Below are positions 62,025 through 62,501 of a DNA stretch of 62,501 bases, in pieces; the first letter of the stretch is position 1, and each line of letters opens with the position of its first letter. Made by a program: the position numbers and the translations under genes. The stretch is from Ruditapes philippinarum (taxonomy: Eukaryota). Location of the stretch: positions 1 through 62,501 of the forward strand of contig NW_026852643.1 of assembly GCF_026571515.1 (NCBI RefSeq), read 5' to 3'. Below the pieces are notes generated by a model. That model saw only the letters and a list, made by a program, of their open reading frames with translations, was not told the DNA's origin and made no database searches.

Positions 62025-62097
62025 TATGCGCAGGCTGGTCTGAATCCATGCTGGTCGCAAACCCTTTATGTTGGTTTTGTCGTGACGCGGCTCATAT
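62025..62097. mobile_element. Right half of the same MITE family
   Basis: Identity to the 3' arm of the other copies. Confidence 0.8.
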
Positions 62098-62501
62098 AAA
62101 GATCCGATCAATAGCACCATTTCCCCAATTAAATATTAAATACCTATCAGATACGATATTTTACAAACGTGAGCAACTTCATACGGACTAATCTACTTTT
62201 TCCTATATTAATATTCTAATTCATTGAAAGATTTCTTTTTTTTGCTGTTGGTTTTCCTTGCTTTCTATTAATCAACTTTTTATAGAATTGATATATAATG
62301 TAAATAGCTCATACTAATTGTATACACTATTTACCATTTCTTAATTAGAATGTTAATCAAAAAGTTAAAGGCCATTTATGCATTATTTATCTTTTTAATT
62401 CTCAAAAACTCTTTATTTTTGGTATCTTGTAACAGTTACTAAAATATACTCATTTGCCACATACACATGTACATGAATCTTTTGTTTCTTCTCTCTATGG
62501 G

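Overview
AT-rich, intron-rich animal genomic DNA, most likely a bivalve mollusc (inferred from bivalve-type SINE cores, MITEs and a perlucin-like lectin). I reconstructed three multi-exon genes by hand from GT-AG boundaries and reading-frame phase. (1) CLCA-A (+, 6654..32161, 13 exons) and (2) CLCA-B (-, 52097..36121, 14 exons, about 929 aa) are tail-to-tail paralogues of the calcium-activated chloride channel regulator family, with a zincin HExxH domain, a VWA/MIDAS domain and an FnIII-like domain. (3) A secreted EPN/WND C-type lectin (+, 53515..60922, 6 exons, about 157 aa) lies head-to-head with CLCA-B. The two CLCA paralogues have diverged asymmetrically. CLCA-B has the canonical [14 protein letters not shown] protease motif and a transmembrane helix with a cytoplasmic tail. 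CLCA-A has D->N in that motif, a frameshifted exon 4 and a GPI-signal-like C-terminus. Introns and flanks are full of mobile DNA: a four-level nested insertion (about 1.98-5.56 kb); two CAC...GTG long-TIR elements with 5-bp TSDs (Transib-like), one carrying a DIRS tyrosine-recombinase remnant; a 1.18-kb near-perfect foldback with an 8-bp TSD; mariner and Tc1 derivatives; a HERO/R2-type LINE fragment; SINEs, Kolobok-type MITEs and mini/microsatellites. Most ORFs in the supplied track are spurious or are exon read-throughs. Family assignments come from recognised motifs, not database searches.
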